64,000 nt of DNA from a virus (Duplodnaviria; Caudoviricetes): IMG/VR virus record IMGVR_UViG_3300029305_005280. The stretch is one strand, 5' to 3'. The notes beneath the pieces were generated by a model. That model worked only from the letters and a program-made list of their open reading frames with translations. It ran no database searches and was not told the DNA's origin. Every line of letters begins with the position of its first letter. Position 1 is the stretch's first letter. The translations under genes and the position numbers were made by a program. Below are positions 49,353 to 58,492 of this stretch, one piece after another.

Positions 49353-49365
49353 AGGAAGTGAACTG

Positions 49366-51090
49366 ATGAACCTTTTAGTACTATCAGGTGGTAGTGGAAA
49401 TGATTCATTGATTAGAGGACTTAAAAAGTTATATCCCTCAATCAACGTAAAGGTACTTGTTAATGCATATGATGCAGGTAAATCAACAGGTATTTGTAGA
49501 AAAGTGACTGATACATTAGGAGTGTCAGATATTAGAAAAAATCATATTAGAATGTATGAATCAATGACAAAGTATCCTAACAAATGTATTCTTGAATTCT
49601 ATAATGATAGATATGATTTTACAAAAGGGCACGAATGTGAAGAAATTCTACAAAAGTTATCAGAATGGAATCTGAGTCAATTTGGTGATTTTGTTCAAGC
49701 ATTCTTTTCCCGAACTAAATCAAAAGAGTATACATATAATGATTTTAATGTGTCCAATATTGTTTATGCAGAGATGTATGCTGCATTTGGATATAAGAAA
49801 ACAAATTCTATTTTTTGTGGTTTACTGGGCATTGACGATTTCTTACTATTAAATTCATTTGACAACGTTTACATTCAAGCAAGAACAAAATCCAATCATC
49901 TAATCGAAGATGAAGGGGATATTGTGGAATATTGTAATCCCTCTGACCCTATTGTTGGTATTGAGTATATCGGTGATTATAACAATGAGTTGAATCAAGA
50001 AGCAGTTAACGCAATCCAGTGGGCTGATTATATTGTTATTTCAACTGGAACATTCTGGAGCTCAATCTATCCTACATTACAGTATGGTGATTTGTATAAG
50101 TATATAAATGCATCTACTGCAAAGAAAGTGTGGGCAATAAACAACGAATGTGACAAAGATTCTTATGGTGTTGGAAGTAATCAATTTATCGAGTTTTTTG
50201 AAGAACTCGGGTTGAACTTAAATGATTTTCTTATTCTTGAGAATACTGATGCAGTACAAATTTTGAAAGAAGAAAATCCCACAAAGAACATTGTTTTCAA
50301 ATCAATGGATTCTTACAACGGGAAGCATAACCCCGATAAGTATGCTGCAGAAATTTTAAGATTGTATTATGGTATTGATTCTGCTGATTCATATGATACA
50401 ATATTGTTTGATTTTGATGATACACTGTGGGCAAGAGATGCCACTACCATAAATCCTCAGTCTTTATACTATTCTATTGATAATCTTAAACTGATGAATC
50501 AAAATTTAAGCAACAAGAGTGCAATTATTTCAGGTAACTCTTACAAAAGTATTCATAATAAGTTAGTCACAGTTTATGGTGCTCACTTTGATTCATTTGA
50601 TGTGGATGTGTGGGCTGATGCAAATACTAATTGCTATCGTAAAGGTGAGTTAGTTGATTCAATTTCTGATTTTATCATGGACAATGAAACTACAAAACTT
50701 ATTGTTGATTATCTATCAAGAAGATACAATGTTATTCCTGATGGAATTAAATTTGAAAATGATACTACTTATTTAAAGATAAAGCCTCTTGATGGTTTTA
50801 CAAGGAGAATTCTTGCCGATTACCTAAATAACTATGTATTTAAAAACATTGGATGCAGCCAATGCAAGGCAGTCACAACAGGTAATACGACATTAGATAT
50901 CATACATATAAACAACACTAAGGCAAAACTTCTGGATGTTTTAGATTGTAAGAATAAGAAAGTTCTTTATATTGGAGACGAAGTTAACTTTGGTAATGAT
51001 GCAGACATTGCAAGTAAATGTACTGCATATGTAAACACAAGTGGTGTTGAAGAAACACATTGTATATTGGAGTTGTTAAGTAAAAAATGA
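49366..51090 (+). CDS. CofD/YvcK (UPF0052)-like transferase fused to HAD phosphatase/mutase domain
   Basis: LSGGSG, NAYDAGKSTG, SDIRK, AIQWADYIVISTGTFWSSIYPTL; C-terminal DFDDTL, ISG, YIGDE...GND. Confidence 0.8.
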   Translation: MNLLVLSGGSGNDSLIRGLKKLYPSINVKVLVNAYDAGKSTGICRKVTDTLGVSDIRKNHIRMYESMTKYPNKCILEFYNDRYDFTKGHECEEILQKLSEWNLSQFGDFVQAFFSRTKSKEYTYNDFNVSNIVYAEMYAAFGYKKTNSIFCGLLGIDDFLLLNSFDNVYIQARTKSNHLIEDEGDIVEYCNPSDPIVGIEYIGDYNNELNQEAVNAIQWADYIVISTGTFWSSIYPTLQYGDLYKYINASTAKKVWAINNECDKDSYGVGSNQFIEFFEELGLNLNDFLILENTDAVQILKEENPTKNIVFKSMDSYNGKHNPDKYAAEILRLYYGIDSADSYDTILFDFDDTLWARDATTINPQSLYYSIDNLKLMNQNLSNKSAIISGNSYKSIHNKLVTVYGAHFDSFDVDVWADANTNCYRKGELVDSISDFIMDNETTKLIVDYLSRRYNVIPDGIKFENDTTYLKIKPLDGFTRRILADYLNNYVFKNIGCSQCKAVTTGNTTLDIIHINNTKAKLLDVLDCKNKKVLYIGDEVNFGNDADIASKCTAYVNTSGVEETHCILELLSKK

Positions 51091-51791
51091 TTTATGGATT
51101 AATCATAAGCGCGGGAAATCAAAAAAGATTTGCTAGTGAGAAACCAAAGGCGTTGCTTGACACACCCATTGGAGAAACGTTGCTTGATTTGAATATGGCA
51201 AATATGCATGAAGTGTGTGACCTTGTTTATGTTGTTTGTTCAACTCAGAATCAATCATGGTTTGACACTTCTGATAAGATTATTATTGATTCAGGTAAAG
51301 GTTGTGGAGACGCTGTAATGAAAGCATTACAGCAACTATCCTTGAAAGCTGATGATAAGGTCTTCATTCAATGGGGCGATTCATATCATAAGGTAAGCTT
51401 GTACAGATTACTTCAAGATAGATATATAGGTAAATTTTTAATTCCTTGTCAAAAAGAAGATAATCCATATGTTTGGATTATTCCTGAACGTAGGGGCGTG
51501 AAAGTATATTTTTCAAAATATGGCGAAACTTGTACTTCGGGATATCATGACCTAAGTTTGTTCTATGGTAATGCTTTAGAGTTGCTCTCATATCTTGAAG
51601 AATTTCGTGACCAAATTGAAAAAGATGGCAACTATATACATAAGCACGGTAATGAAATGCAATTCCTTGATGTGTTTAATGAAACAGTAATGCCCGCAGC
51701 TATTATAGAGGTATCAGATTATCAAGGTTTTTCATTCAACACAATAGATGAATTTCAAAAAATTATAGATAAGTTTGATTTTTCAAACTAA
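51087..51791 (+). CDS. Nucleotidyltransferase (NTP_transferase/MobA-GlmU-like)
   Basis: IISAGNQKRF...PKALL, GCGDAV, WGD, FNTIDE. Confidence 0.8.
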   Translation: MIYGLIISAGNQKRFASEKPKALLDTPIGETLLDLNMANMHEVCDLVYVVCSTQNQSWFDTSDKIIIDSGKGCGDAVMKALQQLSLKADDKVFIQWGDSYHKVSLYRLLQDRYIGKFLIPCQKEDNPYVWIIPERRGVKVYFSKYGETCTSGYHDLSLFYGNALELLSYLEEFRDQIEKDGNYIHKHGNEMQFLDVFNETVMPAAIIEVSDYQGFSFNTIDEFQKIIDKFDFSN

Positions 51792-51802
51792 CATATTATA
51801 AT
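51772..51802 (+). promoter_or_regulatory. SigmaA-type promoter within short hairpin
   Basis: TTGATT-16 bp-TATAAT; agtttga/tcaaact stem. Confidence 0.55.
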
Positions 51803-51834
51803 AAAAATAAAAAAGATATAATGGAGATGACTCA

Positions 51835-52959
51835 ATGATTATTAGAACAGAATTGCTACAGGATTCCTGTGCAAAAATTCTTAGCGCAGTTGACTCGAAT
51901 GTTCTTTCTGCAGTAACTGAAACTCTTGAGATTAGTGCTTCCGACGGTGTATTTACAATGGCAGTAACTAACAGAGAATATTTTGTGGAAATTAAGATGG
52001 ACATCGAAGTTGCTGAAACATTCCACGCAACCGTTAATGCAAATCTTTTCCTAAAACTTATTGCAAAGGTAACCTCTGAAACAATTGAATTGAATACAAA
52101 TGGTAATTCTTTACATATCAAGTGTAATGGTGATTATAAGATTCCTCTTATCTATGATGGAGAAGCACTTATGGAATTACCTCGCATTAGCATTGAAGAA
52201 GTAAACGAAACTATTGACGTCGATAGTTCTATTCTTCGTTCTCTTGTGAATTACAATAGCAAGGAATTAGGTAAAGGGACAATTTCTAAACCAATTCAAC
52301 GTCTCTATTATGTTGATAAAGAGGGAGCTATTACTTTTACAACTGGTGCGTGTGTTAATAAGTTTGATATTCCGATGACTTCAAAACTTCTTCTTAATGA
52401 TAAACTTGTTAAGTTGTTTAAGTTGTTTAAGGATACAAAAGTTAAGATGACTGTTGGTCATAATAAGATTAACAATGATACTTTCGCAACTGTTGTTTCA
52501 TTTGAAGCACCTGGTGTGTATATTACAGCAGCCCTTAGTTGTGACGATAGTATGTTTGTATCATATCCTGTTGACCCTGTTAGAGGTCGTGCAAATTCAG
52601 TATATCCTTACGCTGTTGCAGTTAACAAAGATACCCTACTTCAGACCATTGATAGATTGATGCTATTCAATCAGACTTCAAGTAAAGCCGATTTCTCACA
52701 GGCAATTGTAAAACTTGAATTTGGAAGTGATGCAGTTGTTGTGTCAGACCGTATGGGAATCAACAAAGAAGAAATCCCATATAGCAAATCAATTGAAGGA
52801 ATTGATACATATAGCGCACTTATTGACAGTGGCGACCTAACCAAAACACTTGCAAGTTGCGTAAATCAGTTTGTAAATATTGCTTTTGGCAATAGTCAAG
52901 CATTTGTACTATCAGAGGGAATGATTAAGTGGGTAATTCCCGAATGCACTGAGGCCTAA
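51835..52959 (+). CDS. dnaN: Sliding clamp, DNA Pol III beta-like
   Basis: 374 aa three-domain length; TNRE, VNANLFLKLIAKV, YP, LLQTIDRL patterns; clamp loader genes nearby. Confidence 0.75.
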   Translation: MIIRTELLQDSCAKILSAVDSNVLSAVTETLEISASDGVFTMAVTNREYFVEIKMDIEVAETFHATVNANLFLKLIAKVTSETIELNTNGNSLHIKCNGDYKIPLIYDGEALMELPRISIEEVNETIDVDSSILRSLVNYNSKELGKGTISKPIQRLYYVDKEGAITFTTGACVNKFDIPMTSKLLLNDKLVKLFKLFKDTKVKMTVGHNKINNDTFATVVSFEAPGVYITAALSCDDSMFVSYPVDPVRGRANSVYPYAVAVNKDTLLQTIDRLMLFNQTSSKADFSQAIVKLEFGSDAVVVSDRMGINKEEIPYSKSIEGIDTYSALIDSGDLTKTLASCVNQFVNIAFGNSQAFVLSEGMIKWVIPECTEA

Positions 52960-53430
52960 GTGGCTCAAAATAGAGGAAAGGTGTTTGAGGAGAAAGTAAA
53001 ACAGGACCTCCTCAAACTGCCTGATATTTGTGTTGAACGACTTCCAGACCAGATGTCAGGATTTAAAGGTTCAAAAAATGTATGTGATTTTGAAGCTTAT
53101 TGGTACCCACATCTATATTATCTTGAATGTAAAACAACACACGAAAATACATTTGCTCTGTCAGCTTTAACTCAATATGATAAGCTACTTGAGAGAAAAG
53201 GTAAAAAAGGTGTTAGGTCTGGAGTTATGCTATGGTTCATAAAACATGATAAAGTTTGTTATGTTCCAATAGCAACATTTGAAAAGTTAAAAAATGATGG
53301 TAAGAAATCTGTAAACATTAAGATGTTGGGAACGGATGAATACCGAATAATTGAGATACCCGCTGTAAAGAAAAGAGTTTTTCTTGACTGCGATTTTAAT
53401 ATATTAAAACAATTGCAGGAGGGTGATTGA
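52960..53430 (+). CDS. recU: Holliday junction resolvase RecU-like
   Basis: NRGKVFE, CDF, LECKT motifs. Confidence 0.75.
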   Translation: MAQNRGKVFEEKVKQDLLKLPDICVERLPDQMSGFKGSKNVCDFEAYWYPHLYYLECKTTHENTFALSALTQYDKLLERKGKKGVRSGVMLWFIKHDKVCYVPIATFEKLKNDGKKSVNIKMLGTDEYRIIEIPAVKKRVFLDCDFNILKQLQEGD

Positions 53431-53984
53431 TGTACATAAATTCAGAATTTGATTCTTGGGTTAAGCAGAATGTAAATAATATGGATTATGCTGTAATTGA
53501 ACCTCCTTGTTTAAATAGGGGTCAGTATTCTTACATATGGTCAAACATAGGGCTTATTGATATTTTTCAGACATTTGATATTAAGTATCTATTTATGTGG
53601 GTAGATGTTAATACGCTACCAAGGCTGTTTACCGTTTATCAAGAATCGGATTATGAGTTCAAAGCATTACTTCCGTGGGTAAAGATTACAAAAACTGATA
53701 ATCTTTTTTATACTTTAACCAACACACTTAAAAGTAATGTTGAATATCTTGCAGTATTTCAGAAACCGAATGTTCCAAAGTTAAAATTTAATGATAAGAA
53801 CATTATTGTTGATGAACAAGATTCATACACTCATAAACCAAAAAAGTGGGAAGAATACTTACAGAAGCAATTATCTTATAGCGGTTTAGAAGGAATCTAT
53901 ATCCATTCAAATGGTGACTATGAGAGGTTGATTTCAATTAACCAGGACGATGAACCTAAAGTTCATAAAACCGAATTATTTTAG
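53430..53984 (+). CDS. Degenerate MT-A70-like methyltransferase fold protein
   Basis: DYAVIEPPC, LFMWV, PWVK, KSNVEYL, HKP occur in MT-A70 motif order; DPPW replaced by EPPC. Confidence 0.55.
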   Translation: MYINSEFDSWVKQNVNNMDYAVIEPPCLNRGQYSYIWSNIGLIDIFQTFDIKYLFMWVDVNTLPRLFTVYQESDYEFKALLPWVKITKTDNLFYTLTNTLKSNVEYLAVFQKPNVPKLKFNDKNIIVDEQDSYTHKPKKWEEYLQKQLSYSGLEGIYIHSNGDYERLISINQDDEPKVHKTELF

Positions 53985-53995
53985 GAGAATGAAGA

Positions 53996-54481
53996 ATGAA
54001 AGCAAATGTTGAAGCTGCTCTATCAAACATTGATACAACTTATGCAGAGTTGATTGAAATTGCAAATGATGTTTTTGCAAACACAACTGCAGAATTAGAC
54101 GTAATTCTTGAACAAGCGTACAATGATATTGAGACAATGACAAATGATAAGTTGCGTGATTATATGACTCGTTTGTCATTGAAAGCATATTCATTTAGTG
54201 AAGTAAAAGAAAAATCTGCATTTAAAGCTGCCTTAGCCGAAACAATTAGAAAGCAAGCTTATGCAGTTCAGTTTAATGAAGCTGCAGGCACTGTTGGTGC
54301 AAAAGAAAATGCAGCTATTTTAAATACATCTGCTGAAATACTTGCAGATGAAATTCATACCCTTATTTCTAATATGTTGAAAACAAAATTAGATGAAGCA
54401 CATAGAGTTGTAAATACTTTACAAACAGTGTTGATGACTCGTATGCAGGAAGCTAAGATGGTTTCCGAAGTAATTTCGTAA
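53996..54481 (+). CDS. Helical hypothetical protein (possible recombination mediator)
   Basis: All-helical ORF immediately upstream of recA. Confidence 0.4.
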   Translation: MKANVEAALSNIDTTYAELIEIANDVFANTTAELDVILEQAYNDIETMTNDKLRDYMTRLSLKAYSFSEVKEKSAFKAALAETIRKQAYAVQFNEAAGTVGAKENAAILNTSAEILADEIHTLISNMLKTKLDEAHRVVNTLQTVLMTRMQEAKMVSEVIS

Positions 54482-54493
54482 AGGACAGATTAT

Positions 54494-55666
54494 ATGGCAA
54501 GTGTACTTGAAGTAGCAAAAAAGCTTAATCGTGCATATAAGAATGATAAGTTAGCAATTACAGCTGATGTAATGCCATCTTATCGTAGATTACCTTGTAA
54601 TGACCTCGGTGTAGATTTTCCGTTATATGGTGGTCTTCCTTATGGCAGAATTGTAACTGTGTCAGGAAAAGAGCACTCGGGAAAAACAACAGCAGCTTGT
54701 GTATTTCTTGCAGCATATCAGAGAGCTAATCCTGATAAAACAAGTGTATTTGTTGATGTTGAACACTCACTTGATAAAACATTCCAAGCTGCAATGACAG
54801 GTTTAGATTTGACAAAACTCCTATATGTTAATCCTGATGGTATGTCAGGTGAACAGATTATGGAGACAATTATTGAGCTGCAGGATTCTGATGACATTGG
54901 AATGATTGTTATGGACTCAATTGCAGCACTTGTATCTTCACGAGATTATGACTCAGATATGGAAAAAGATAATGGTATGGCTGCAAGTATCGCAAAACCT
55001 CTTGCAAAGTTTATTCGTAAAATGCTGGACACCTTATCAACAAAAGAGAATATTTTGTTATTGATTAATCAGGTAAGACAGGTGGGCACAACATTTACAG
55101 GGGCTGCTATCTATGATGAACCTGGTGGTCATGCACCTAAATACTATGCATCAATCAAGTTAAGATTTGGAACACGAACATTCACACAGGGCGATAAAGT
55201 GGATTGTCGTGATGGTGAAAATGCAGATGGATTTAGACTTTCATTTGCAACAACAAAGAATAAAACTGCTTCTACTCAAAGGGGTGGCGGTTTCTTAACA
55301 TTTAGATACGATACTGGTCTTGATTGGGCATTTGATTTGCTTGAAGTTGCAATCAAATATGAGTTTATTAGTAGACCTAACTCCATGACTTATATTCTTA
55401 TGAATTTGGAAACGGGTGAGCCTTATACCGACGAAAATGATAATCCGCTAAAATTTGTTGGAAAGCAAAAACTAAAAGACTTTCTTGCAGAAAATCCTGA
55501 TTTTCAAGTAAAATATCTTGAGATGTTAAATAGACATATTCAGGCTACAGCTAATGATTATGGAAGTCTTCTTGATGCAAGAGTACTCGCAGAAATCAAA
55601 GCAGAAGAATCAGCAGTTAAGAATAATGATATTGATGAGGAGTCAAATACTAATGCCCCAGCGTAG
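54494..55666 (+). CDS. recA: RecA/UvsX recombinase
   Basis: GGLPYGRI, GKEHSGKTT, DVEH, DSIAAL, INQVR, PGG. Confidence 0.93.
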   Translation: MASVLEVAKKLNRAYKNDKLAITADVMPSYRRLPCNDLGVDFPLYGGLPYGRIVTVSGKEHSGKTTAACVFLAAYQRANPDKTSVFVDVEHSLDKTFQAAMTGLDLTKLLYVNPDGMSGEQIMETIIELQDSDDIGMIVMDSIAALVSSRDYDSDMEKDNGMAASIAKPLAKFIRKMLDTLSTKENILLLINQVRQVGTTFTGAAIYDEPGGHAPKYYASIKLRFGTRTFTQGDKVDCRDGENADGFRLSFATTKNKTASTQRGGGFLTFRYDTGLDWAFDLLEVAIKYEFISRPNSMTYILMNLETGEPYTDENDNPLKFVGKQKLKDFLAENPDFQVKYLEMLNRHIQATANDYGSLLDARVLAEIKAEESAVKNNDIDEESNTNAPA

Positions 55667-56003
55667 GCAAAGAATAGATAAAGTAGGTCCTACAAGACAA
55701 TATTCAAAAAAACAAGAAAGTAAGGTAGCTTCACGGTTCAATGGTGATAGAACTCTAAATAGTGGAGCTACCCCCATTCAAAAGGGCGACGTATTATTAG
55801 ATAAGTTTCTTCTTGAGTGTAAAACCAAAGTTAAGCCTTCAACATCAATTGGCATACAAAAAGAATGGCTTGAAAAGAATGAAAAAGAAGCACTATTTAT
55901 GGGAAAACCTTATTCAGCTCTTGTTTTTAATTTTGGGCCTGATGAAAAGAATTATTATGTAATTGACGAGTATCTATTTGAAACACTTGTTAATTCACTT
56001 TAG
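55653..56003 (+). CDS. PD-(D/E)xK nuclease/resolvase-like protein
   Basis: QE...SGA...KGDV...LECKT; GAGGAG RBS before ATG 55653. Confidence 0.7.
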   Translation: MPQRRQRIDKVGPTRQYSKKQESKVASRFNGDRTLNSGATPIQKGDVLLDKFLLECKTKVKPSTSIGIQKEWLEKNEKEALFMGKPYSALVFNFGPDEKNYYVIDEYLFETLVNSL

Positions 56004-56013
56004 AGGTGTGGTA

Positions 56014-56811
56014 ATGGATATTGATTCAATTTTAATATGGCAGAAGTTTAATTGCTATAATTTTGTTGAGAGTACTCATTCATATTATTATAACGGAAAT
56101 AAAGTTAAACATTCTGTCACAGGATTTATTGACAGATTTTTTGAGCCTTTTGATTCTGAAACTATTAGTAAAAAATATGCTGCAAAACATGGTCTCGAGC
56201 AAAAAGATGTGTTAGATGAGTGGAAAAGAAAAGGTGATATTTCCGCTACAGCAGGTACTATTATTCATAGTTTTATGGAAAATGCAAAAAGAGGTAAAAC
56301 CTTTGATATTGATTATTCTCAAGCAGTAAAGCAAGGTATCTATGAAGAAGTAAAGGAAAGAGTTGAAATTCTACTTCCACAGGCAAAAGCATTTCACGAA
56401 GATACTGTTGGTAAGTTATATCCTATTCATCTTGAATATACAGTTGGTATCAAAGATATAATAGCTGGCAATATTGATATGTTGTGTTGGAATGCTTATG
56501 CTCAAGAATTTCAAATCTGGGACTATAAAAATCTAAAAGAATTTACAACAACAAATTATTTTAATAAGTGGGCGAAAGAATCATTTGCTCATTTACCTGA
56601 CTCAAGTTTAACACACTATTCAATTCAGTTGAATATGTATAAAGCAATAATTCAAAGAGAGTTAGGAATACCTATTGGTGGATGTTATCTTGTGCATTTC
56701 GATTATGTTAATCCTGATGCACAGTTTAAAGTATATAATTGTTTAGATTTACAAAAACAATGTAATGTTGAACTTGACAAGTTGATTCAGGAGGAAACTG
56801 TTAATGGATGA
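56014..56811 (+). CDS. PD-(D/E)xK exonuclease
   Basis: SVTGFI, GTIIH, AGNID, DYK, YSIQLNMY. Confidence 0.8.
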   Translation: MDIDSILIWQKFNCYNFVESTHSYYYNGNKVKHSVTGFIDRFFEPFDSETISKKYAAKHGLEQKDVLDEWKRKGDISATAGTIIHSFMENAKRGKTFDIDYSQAVKQGIYEEVKERVEILLPQAKAFHEDTVGKLYPIHLEYTVGIKDIIAGNIDMLCWNAYAQEFQIWDYKNLKEFTTTNYFNKWAKESFAHLPDSSLTHYSIQLNMYKAIIQRELGIPIGGCYLVHFDYVNPDAQFKVYNCLDLQKQCNVELDKLIQEETVNG

Positions 56812-57331
56812 TAAAATGCGTGATGATTATAATGAGTATTTAACACAACATATTGGAAATGTTAAAATAGGATTTGATTGGTTATGCAAGAATCTCTCAG
56901 AATTATTTGATGGATATGATGCTGATTATTTAGGTAGTATCATTTCAAATCATGATGCATCTAAATATGATGATGAAGAATACTATGCATATTGTGAGTA
57001 TTTTTATGGAAAGAAAACAAAAGAGGTAAATGATGAATTTGATGTTGCTTGGTTGCATCATCAACATTGTAATCCACATCACTGGCAGCATTGGTTGCTT
57101 AGAGAAGATGACGGTGGTAATAAGGCTCTTGAAATGCCATATGAGTACATCATTGAAATGGTTTGTGACCATTGGGCCTTTAGTTGGGCAAAAAATGATT
57201 TGTATGAAATTTTTAATTGGTACAAGAATAATAAATCTAAGATGCTTCTTCACAAAAATACTCAATCAACCTATGAGGATATTTTACATAAGTTAAAAAC
57301 AAAACTGGATGAAATTCATAGTCAGAAGTAA
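56804..57331 (+). CDS. HD-like DUF5662-type protein
   Basis: HDASK, WLHHQHCNPHHWQHW, EMVCDH. Confidence 0.7.
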   Translation: MDDKMRDDYNEYLTQHIGNVKIGFDWLCKNLSELFDGYDADYLGSIISNHDASKYDDEEYYAYCEYFYGKKTKEVNDEFDVAWLHHQHCNPHHWQHWLLREDDGGNKALEMPYEYIIEMVCDHWAFSWAKNDLYEIFNWYKNNKSKMLLHKNTQSTYEDILHKLKTKLDEIHSQK

Positions 57332-57335
57332 GGGA

Positions 57336-57367
57336 TAGTTGAAATAATCTTACTTCTACTATATAAT
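57336..57367 (+). promoter_or_regulatory. SigmaA-type promoter within hairpin
   Basis: TAG-TTGAAA-17 bp-TATAAT. Confidence 0.8.
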
Positions 57368-57421
57368 ATAAATGTAAAGAAAATAAACTTTACGGAATAC
57401 ATAATGAAAGAGGATTCAAAG

Positions 57422-57772
57422 ATGGCAAAGAAGATTACTGACAAAAGAAAAATTGAACTGCTCACAATGACTGATGACGCATTGGATGCAACAGTTAAGA
57501 TTCAGGGAACTGAATTTGACCGTAAGAGAAAAGTTGCTCCTGCAACCCTCAAGAAAATGGCTTCAATGTATAAAAAGAAGTCAAGCATTTCTGAAATTGC
57601 AAATAAGCTGGGACTTAATTATCTAACAGTTCGTTATAACGTTGACCCTGTGTTTAAGGCAGAGTTCAATGCAAAGCGTGATGGTAAGCATACAGGAAAA
57701 GATAATATTACTATTAAGGACCGCGTAGCTTATAAGCGTTCTTTGGTTGCTGCTGGCAAAGTAACAGCGTAA
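57422..57772 (+). CDS. Basic HTH DNA-binding protein (monocistronic)
   Basis: SISEIANKLGLNYLTVRY HTH; own promoter and terminator. Confidence 0.7.
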   Translation: MAKKITDKRKIELLTMTDDALDATVKIQGTEFDRKRKVAPATLKKMASMYKKKSSISEIANKLGLNYLTVRYNVDPVFKAEFNAKRDGKHTGKDNITIKDRVAYKRSLVAAGKVTA

Positions 57773-57787
57773 TATACATATAAGATA

Positions 57788-57830
57788 TAAGCTATGAGCC
57801 TTGTGCTAAGGCTCATAGCTTAGTTATTTT
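57788..57830 (+). terminator. Intrinsic terminator
   Basis: 15-bp stem taagctatgagcctt / aaggctcatagctta. Confidence 0.8.
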
Positions 57831-57844
57831 AAGGAGATAGCTAT

Positions 57845-58492
57845 ATGGCTTTAACTGAACAAGAAGTTCTTTCAAACAAAGATGAATTTATTACTTTACT
57901 CAAATCAATCAAGCGTGAAAATGCACTTATTGCTGAGTTAATCGAAAAACTTGAAAATTCTGACTTTTTTGTAGCACCTGCTTCAACAAAATATCATTCA
58001 AATTTTGAAGGTGGACTCTGTCAACATTCTTTGAATGTTTACTATAACCTCCTTCATCTTGTTGAAAAGAAACAAGGGCTTGATGCTGCTTGTTACGATG
58101 ATGATTCATTGAAAATTGTTGGTTTATTACATGATATCAGTAAGATGAACACATATGAAAGATATGTTAAGAATAATAAAGTTTACAAACCCGACGGCAA
58201 GCAGTATGATAATCTTGGAAGATATGAATGGATTCCTTCACTGGAATGGAAGCGTAAAGAAAAAACATTTGTATATGGTTCTCATGAATGTTCCTCAGAA
58301 TTTATTACACGCCAGTATATCCCTCTAACTTTAGATGAAAGTGTAGCTATTCTTCATCATATGGGAAGTATGTCCTGGGATAGTGCAAAGGACAATATTG
58401 GAGAAGTGTTTAATCAATATCCTTTAGCGTTGATGTTATACATGGCTGATATGATGAGTTCATATATCGACGAAGGAACACGTAATGAATGA
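57845..58492 (+). CDS. HD-domain hydrolase
   Basis: FFVAPASTKYH..GGLCQHSLNV, LLHDISK, AILHHMG, AD. Confidence 0.85.
   Translation: MALTEQEVLSNKDEFITLLKSIKRENALIAELIEKLENSDFFVAPASTKYHSNFEGGLCQHSLNVYYNLLHLVEKKQGLDAACYDDDSLKIVGLLHDISKMNTYERYVKNNKVYKPDGKQYDNLGRYEWIPSLEWKRKEKTFVYGSHECSSEFITRQYIPLTLDESVAILHHMGSMSWDSAKDNIGEVFNQYPLALMLYMADMMSSYIDEGTRNE

Noticed and set aside
49366-51791. F420 biosynthesis (cofC/cofD)
   Set aside because: No cofG/cofH/cofE nearby, the CofD-like domain is fused to HAD, and context is DpdA plus replication genes
56014-56811. Cas4/CRISPR association of the PD-(D/E)xK nuclease
   Set aside because: No Fe-S cysteine cluster pattern and no array or other cas genes; ordinary phage exonuclease context next to recA
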